Part shown: positions 14,657-18,137 of the stretch, piece after piece
Numbering within the stretch: position 1 is the first letter of the stretch
Layout of the letters: the number at the start of each line of letters is the position of its first letter
Source: Elusimicrobiota bacterium
GTDB lineage: Bacteria > Elusimicrobiota > Elusimicrobia > Elusimicrobiales > UBA9959
DNA length: 18,137 nt
Reading direction: 5' to 3'
Assembly: GCA_037137395.1 (NCBI GenBank)
Contig: JBAXKK010000054.1
Coordinates: 1-18,137, forward strand
Position numbers and translations under genes: made by a program
Notes under the pieces: generated by a model
Seen by the model: only the letters and a program-made list of their open reading frames with translations
The model's database searches: none
Told to the model about the DNA's origin: nothing

Positions 14657-17554
14657 ATTGCTCTCCTCACCTTGCGGTTGTGCTTCTTTTGATGTTTTCA
14701 CGGTCTGGCCTGTTCTGGAAATCTTCTCATCAAGATATCTGAGGGATTTGTCGAGAGGTTGTTTTAGGTGAATTCTTAAAACCCGTCTGTTTTTTGAGTC
14801 CAGAGCCTCAAAATCCCCCATGGCCTGAGCCATTTCCAGCTGCCAAAAAGTGTACTTTTCCCCTATGATATTGATATCATTTTTGGCCTGGGTTGTCAAT
14901 ATGAGGAAGAACGCGTTATCGGGGCCGCCTTTGTGCAGTTGCCCGGAAGAATGCAGGTATCTAGGGCCGTATGAAAGAGTGACGGCCGAGTTAGTTTTAT
15001 CTTTCAAGCTTGAGCGAAGATTGTTTAATTCCGCCTCCACCTTTGGCGCGTTTGGCAGGTAGGCCAATAGGGCTATGTACTCCTTTTCATTCAGGGTCGA
15101 AAAAAGGCGCTGGAACACATCATCCTGCCTGTCCGGCCCGGGGGCACTTGCGAGAAGGGCTTTTGACGCGAAAGCGTCCAGCTTATCCGACGAGAACTGC
15201 GGTTTTGCCGCCGGGATCTTTACTTTAGCCGTCAGGGTTTCCAGCACCTTCATCGTCAGATCTTTGGCTTCCTTTACATTGGGCTGGTCAAACGGGTCTA
15301 TGCCCAGAATCGCACCGGCCGCGGCCGTGGCCGCTTCCCAGCGGAAGAACTCGCCTCCGAGGTCGTAGGCGTCCTTGATGAACATGGTGTAAACCGGCTG
15401 GCCAGCCTTTTTAAGTTTGCCCAGTTTGCCGGCCGTTACGGGCTCCGGTGTGGCGCCCAGCTGTGTGTGCGTGAAGAACCTGTCTGCCTGATACTTGTCC
15501 GGCGCCGAGAGCTCTTCCATGCATACGGGGACCACCCCTTTGCCTTCTTTGCCAGTGCTTTCGGCCACAAGCTGTTCCACCCAGAGGCCGAAGATCTCAA
15601 GGCTTTTCGGCATGATAAGGGTCAGTTTATCGCGTCCATTAAGTGCCATGCCGCCGATCAGGGCACCCAGCATTGCGCCGGGATTTTTCATGAGTTCGGG
15701 ATTCTTGCACATATTGGCCATGTCTATCGCCCGCTCGAGCAGTTTTTTGATGTCGGCGCCGCATATCGCCGCCGGCACCAGGCCGAAATATGAGAGCGCC
15801 GAGAACCTGCCGCCGATGTCGGCGAAGTTGATGAAAACCTTGCGGAATTTCTTTTCTTTCGCCAGTTTGGCTAGGCCGGTGCCCGGGTCGGTGATGGCGG
15901 CGAAGTTATTGCCAGGTTTTTTTACCCCCGCCTTTTTCAGGAGGCTCCAGAAATATTTAAACTGGCTGGAGGGCTCGATTGTGCCGCCGGACTTGCTCGC
16001 GAATATGAATAGTGTTTTCTTCAGGTCCAGGTTCTCTTTGACCGAAAGGATCCAGGCCGGGTCCGTGGTGTCAAGGACGTACAGCTTGGGGTTTTTAGAG
16101 CTCTGGAACATGGTCTTCATGACCTCAGGGGCCAGGCTGGAACCGCCCATGCCGAGCAGCACCACGCTGGAGACCCCATCCTTGATGATCTCGTCCCTGA
16201 AACGACCGATCTCCTTAACGCGGGCCAGCATCTTGAAAGGTGAATCCAGCCAGCCCAGAGAGTTGTTGATGATCTTCACGTGCTCCGGCTCTTTTTTCCA
16301 GAGGCCCGCGTCCTTTTGCCAAAGGCGCTTCACAAAATCCATATCCGCGAGTTTTTTGAGTTCCGGTTTGTAATCCCATGAGGGCGGCTCATCAGCCGCG
16401 GGTTCGGAGCCGGCGGTCTTGGACAGTGAACGCTTTTTTTCCTCTATGTGGCTTATCAGCGAATCATACGCGCGCGAGAACCTCTCTACGCCGTCCCGTT
16501 CCAGAAATTCAAGTATAGACTGGAAATCAATCCCGGCCGTCTCCAGCTTCGCGAAAAACGCCGCGGCGGCGGCCATCCTGCCTGTTATCGGGGTCTTGTC
16601 GGGATCGCCGTGCTCGATGAAAGCCGCAAGCGCTTTTTCAGGCAGGGTGTTGATCGATTCCGTGAGCAGCAGGGCGTCGGCGTACATCGTATCCCTGTAG
16701 GCGTGGTTCTTCACGCCGGTAGAGGCCCAGAGTATGCGCTGTTTCATGGCGCCTTTTTCCGACAGCGCCCGGAATTCATTGCTCGAAAAAACCATTGAAT
16801 ATGTCTTGTATGCGATGAGAGAGTTTGCGACTCCCGCCCGGCCTCTGGCGGAGTTGGCAAAGTCGTAAAGTTCCTCGCTGTCGAAAGATTCCTCCGCGGC
16901 CAGATGGATCTCAAGTTCGTCGTCCGTGGCCGTATCAATGCGGCTTACGAAGAAGCTGGCGACCGAGGCCAGTGAGTTCACCGGCAGATGATTGTCCGCG
17001 CGCCAGGTCAGGGCGTCCACGTAGGCCTTTACAACTTCCTCGTATCTTACTGGCGAGAAAATGAGCGTGAAATTGACGTTGACGCCTTTTTTCAGGAGGG
17101 CGTTGCCGGCGATTACACCCTGCGGCGTTGCCGGTACTTTTATCATCACGTTCTTGCGGCCGAGCTTCGTGAAAAGCCGCTCGCCTTCTTTGATGGTTTT
17201 CTCCGTGTCGTAAGCCAATGAAGGTCTGACTTCCATGCTTACGAAGCCGTCGGCCCCGCCTGTTTCCTCATAAACACCTTTTAAGAGGTCAGCCGCACGC
17301 TGAATATCTTCCAGGGCGAGGGTTTCAAATATGACCTCCGCCGTTTCATCCTTGGCCGCGAGGCGTTCTATCGTCTCCGTGTACGAGGAGGAATTGAGTA
17401 TAGCGGTCTCGAAAATAGAAGGGTTGGAGGTTACGCCGCTGATGCCGAGGTCCTTGATCATTTTAGCCAGGGCGCCGTTCAAAAGCATGTCGCGGTTAAG
17501 GCTGTCCAGCCAGAGGCTCTGCGGGGCGGTTTTTATCTCTTTCAGAATATCCAT
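14300..17554 (-). CDS. Bifunctional transaldolase/phosphoglucose isomerase with extra C-terminal domain
   Basis: Tal: SLWLD, GVTSNPSIF, NVMIKVPAT (Schiff-base Lys), SFFVSRID, LWASTGVKN. Pgi: GMGGSSL, SKSGGTIE, GGRFSALS, EQLVAESTGK, PFDQPNV, GPRYLHSSGQLHKGG. About 130 additional C-terminal residues. GGGAG SD upstream. Confidence 0.95.
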   Translation of the reverse strand: MDILKEIKTAPQSLWLDSLNRDMLLNGALAKMIKDLGISGVTSNPSIFETAILNSSSYTETIERLAAKDETAEVIFETLALEDIQRAADLLKGVYEETGGADGFVSMEVRPSLAYDTEKTIKEGERLFTKLGRKNVMIKVPATPQGVIAGNALLKKGVNVNFTLIFSPVRYEEVVKAYVDALTWRADNHLPVNSLASVASFFVSRIDTATDDELEIHLAAEESFDSEELYDFANSARGRAGVANSLIAYKTYSMVFSSNEFRALSEKGAMKQRILWASTGVKNHAYRDTMYADALLLTESINTLPEKALAAFIEHGDPDKTPITGRMAAAAAFFAKLETAGIDFQSILEFLERDGVERFSRAYDSLISHIEEKKRSLSKTAGSEPAADEPPSWDYKPELKKLADMDFVKRLWQKDAGLWKKEPEHVKIINNSLGWLDSPFKMLARVKEIGRFRDEIIKDGVSSVVLLGMGGSSLAPEVMKTMFQSSKNPKLYVLDTTDPAWILSVKENLDLKKTLFIFASKSGGTIEPSSQFKYFWSLLKKAGVKKPGNNFAAITDPGTGLAKLAKEKKFRKVFINFADIGGRFSALSYFGLVPAAICGADIKKLLERAIDMANMCKNPELMKNPGAMLGALIGGMALNGRDKLTLIMPKSLEIFGLWVEQLVAESTGKEGKGVVPVCMEELSAPDKYQADRFFTHTQLGATPEPVTAGKLGKLKKAGQPVYTMFIKDAYDLGGEFFRWEAATAAAGAILGIDPFDQPNVKEAKDLTMKVLETLTAKVKIPAAKPQFSSDKLDAFASKALLASAPGPDRQDDVFQRLFSTLNEKEYIALLAYLPNAPKVEAELNNLRSSLKDKTNSAVTLSYGPRYLHSSGQLHKGGPDNAFFLILTTQAKNDINIIGEKYTFWQLEMAQAMGDFEALDSKNRRVLRIHLKQPLDKSLRYLDEKISRTGQTVKTSKEAQPQGEESNMIKLTVKKNITTKTTTNTATKTAAREKLTNTSEYVLIDHPKNLETITSRDYSVRIAASAAVSLDISIDDAPWQGCRHSVGYWWFDWTNFTPGTHQLVARMHMKNGEYLISKRRRCKVS

Positions 17555-17571
17555 GTGGTATCTCCCGGTTA

Positions 17572-18015
17572 TTATTTTTCAAAAGATCGTATCTTGTCCA
17601 GGCGTCTGACGAAGCGCGCTTCGTTGGAGAACGCGGCGCCGACGAAGGCCTGGACGATGTCCTGGGCCAGCGCGGTGCCGATGACTCTGGCGCCCAGGCA
17701 TAAAATATTCAGGTCGTCATGTTCAACGCCCTGACGGGCGGAATAGGTGTCGTGGCAGACCGACGCTCTGGCGCCGTTGAATTTATTGGCCGCCACGCAG
17801 GCGCCTATGCCGGAGCCGCAGACTATGATGCCTCTGGCGGCTTTGCCGTGGGTCACGGCCAGGGCCGTTTTTGCCGCGAAATCCGGATAATCTACCGATA
17901 CATTGGCGGAGTCGGTTCCCAGATCGTCAACCTTATGCCCCTCGGCCTTCAGATAGTCGGCCAGATACTGTTTTAAAGGAAATCCGGCGTGATCGCTGGC
18001 GATAGCTATTTTCAC
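17572..18015 (-). CDS. rpiB: Ribose-5-phosphate isomerase B
   Basis: KIAIASDHAG, DYPD, IVCGSGIGACVAANK, HDDLNILCLGAR. GTG 18015 has GGAGG 5 nt upstream and is preferred over ATG 18039. Confidence 0.96.
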   Translation of the reverse strand: MKIAIASDHAGFPLKQYLADYLKAEGHKVDDLGTDSANVSVDYPDFAAKTALAVTHGKAARGIIVCGSGIGACVAANKFNGARASVCHDTYSARQGVEHDDLNILCLGARVIGTALAQDIVQAFVGAAFSNEARFVRRLDKIRSFEK

Positions 18016-18056
18016 TTTATCCTCCACGGTATATCCCATCAGGAAACTGATCGGTT

Positions 18057-18098
18057 GCCATAGGCTCTAAGCCATAGGCCATAGGCCATAGGCAGAAT
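18057..18098 (+). repeat. 7-bp-period repeat tract (GCCATAG family)
   Basis: gccatag gctctaa gccatag gccatag gccatag gcagaat. Confidence 0.9.
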
Positions 18099-18116
18099 TA
18101 TCAGCAAATTCATGCC

Positions 18117-18131
18117 TGATAAATTTTATCA
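18117..18131 (-). promoter_or_regulatory. Extended -10 for rpiB-tal/pgi overlapped by a 7-1-7 palindrome
   Basis: TGATAAA-T-TTTATCA is a perfect inverted repeat; the minus strand reads TGaTAAAAT at 18123-18131. Confidence 0.55.
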
Positions 18132-18137
18132 TTTTGG

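Noticed and set aside
1..18137. IS element, integrase or prophage
   Set aside because: No transposase, recombinase, reverse transcriptase or phage gene is recognisable in any frame.

Overview
An 18.1 kb bacterial window in which every credible gene is on the minus strand. Read in the direction of transcription (high to low coordinates) it contains: (1) central carbon and housekeeping genes: rpiB, a transaldolase/phosphoglucose isomerase fusion with an extra C-terminal domain, a short pyruvate kinase lacking its C-terminal domain, and rsgA; (2) a pair of radical SAM genes (SPASM type and B12-binding type); (3) a seven-gene arsenic/organoarsenical operon, arsR-arsP-arsE-arsF-arsG-arsC-acr3, with a visible promoter and operator; (4) a ~225 nt highly base-paired non-coding element running into a tRNA-like 3' end with CCA; (5) an accessory block with a TMTC-like GT-C/TPR glycosyltransferase, an AT-rich gene whose C-terminus looks like a diversity-generating retroelement (DGR) variable region, a PAS-GGDEF diguanylate cyclase and a secreted R-S-ExE ADP-ribosyltransferase. 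Intergenic spacers carry a dispersed 7-bp-period repeat family. The style is reminiscent of groundwater Elusimicrobiota, but that is an impression only. The most promising leads are the structured RNA with a tRNA-like tail (4692-4941), the orphan DGR-like target (2098-2718), the secreted ADP-ribosyltransferase and the probable nested gene in the Tal-Pgi tail. No database searches were run; family calls come from motif recognition.
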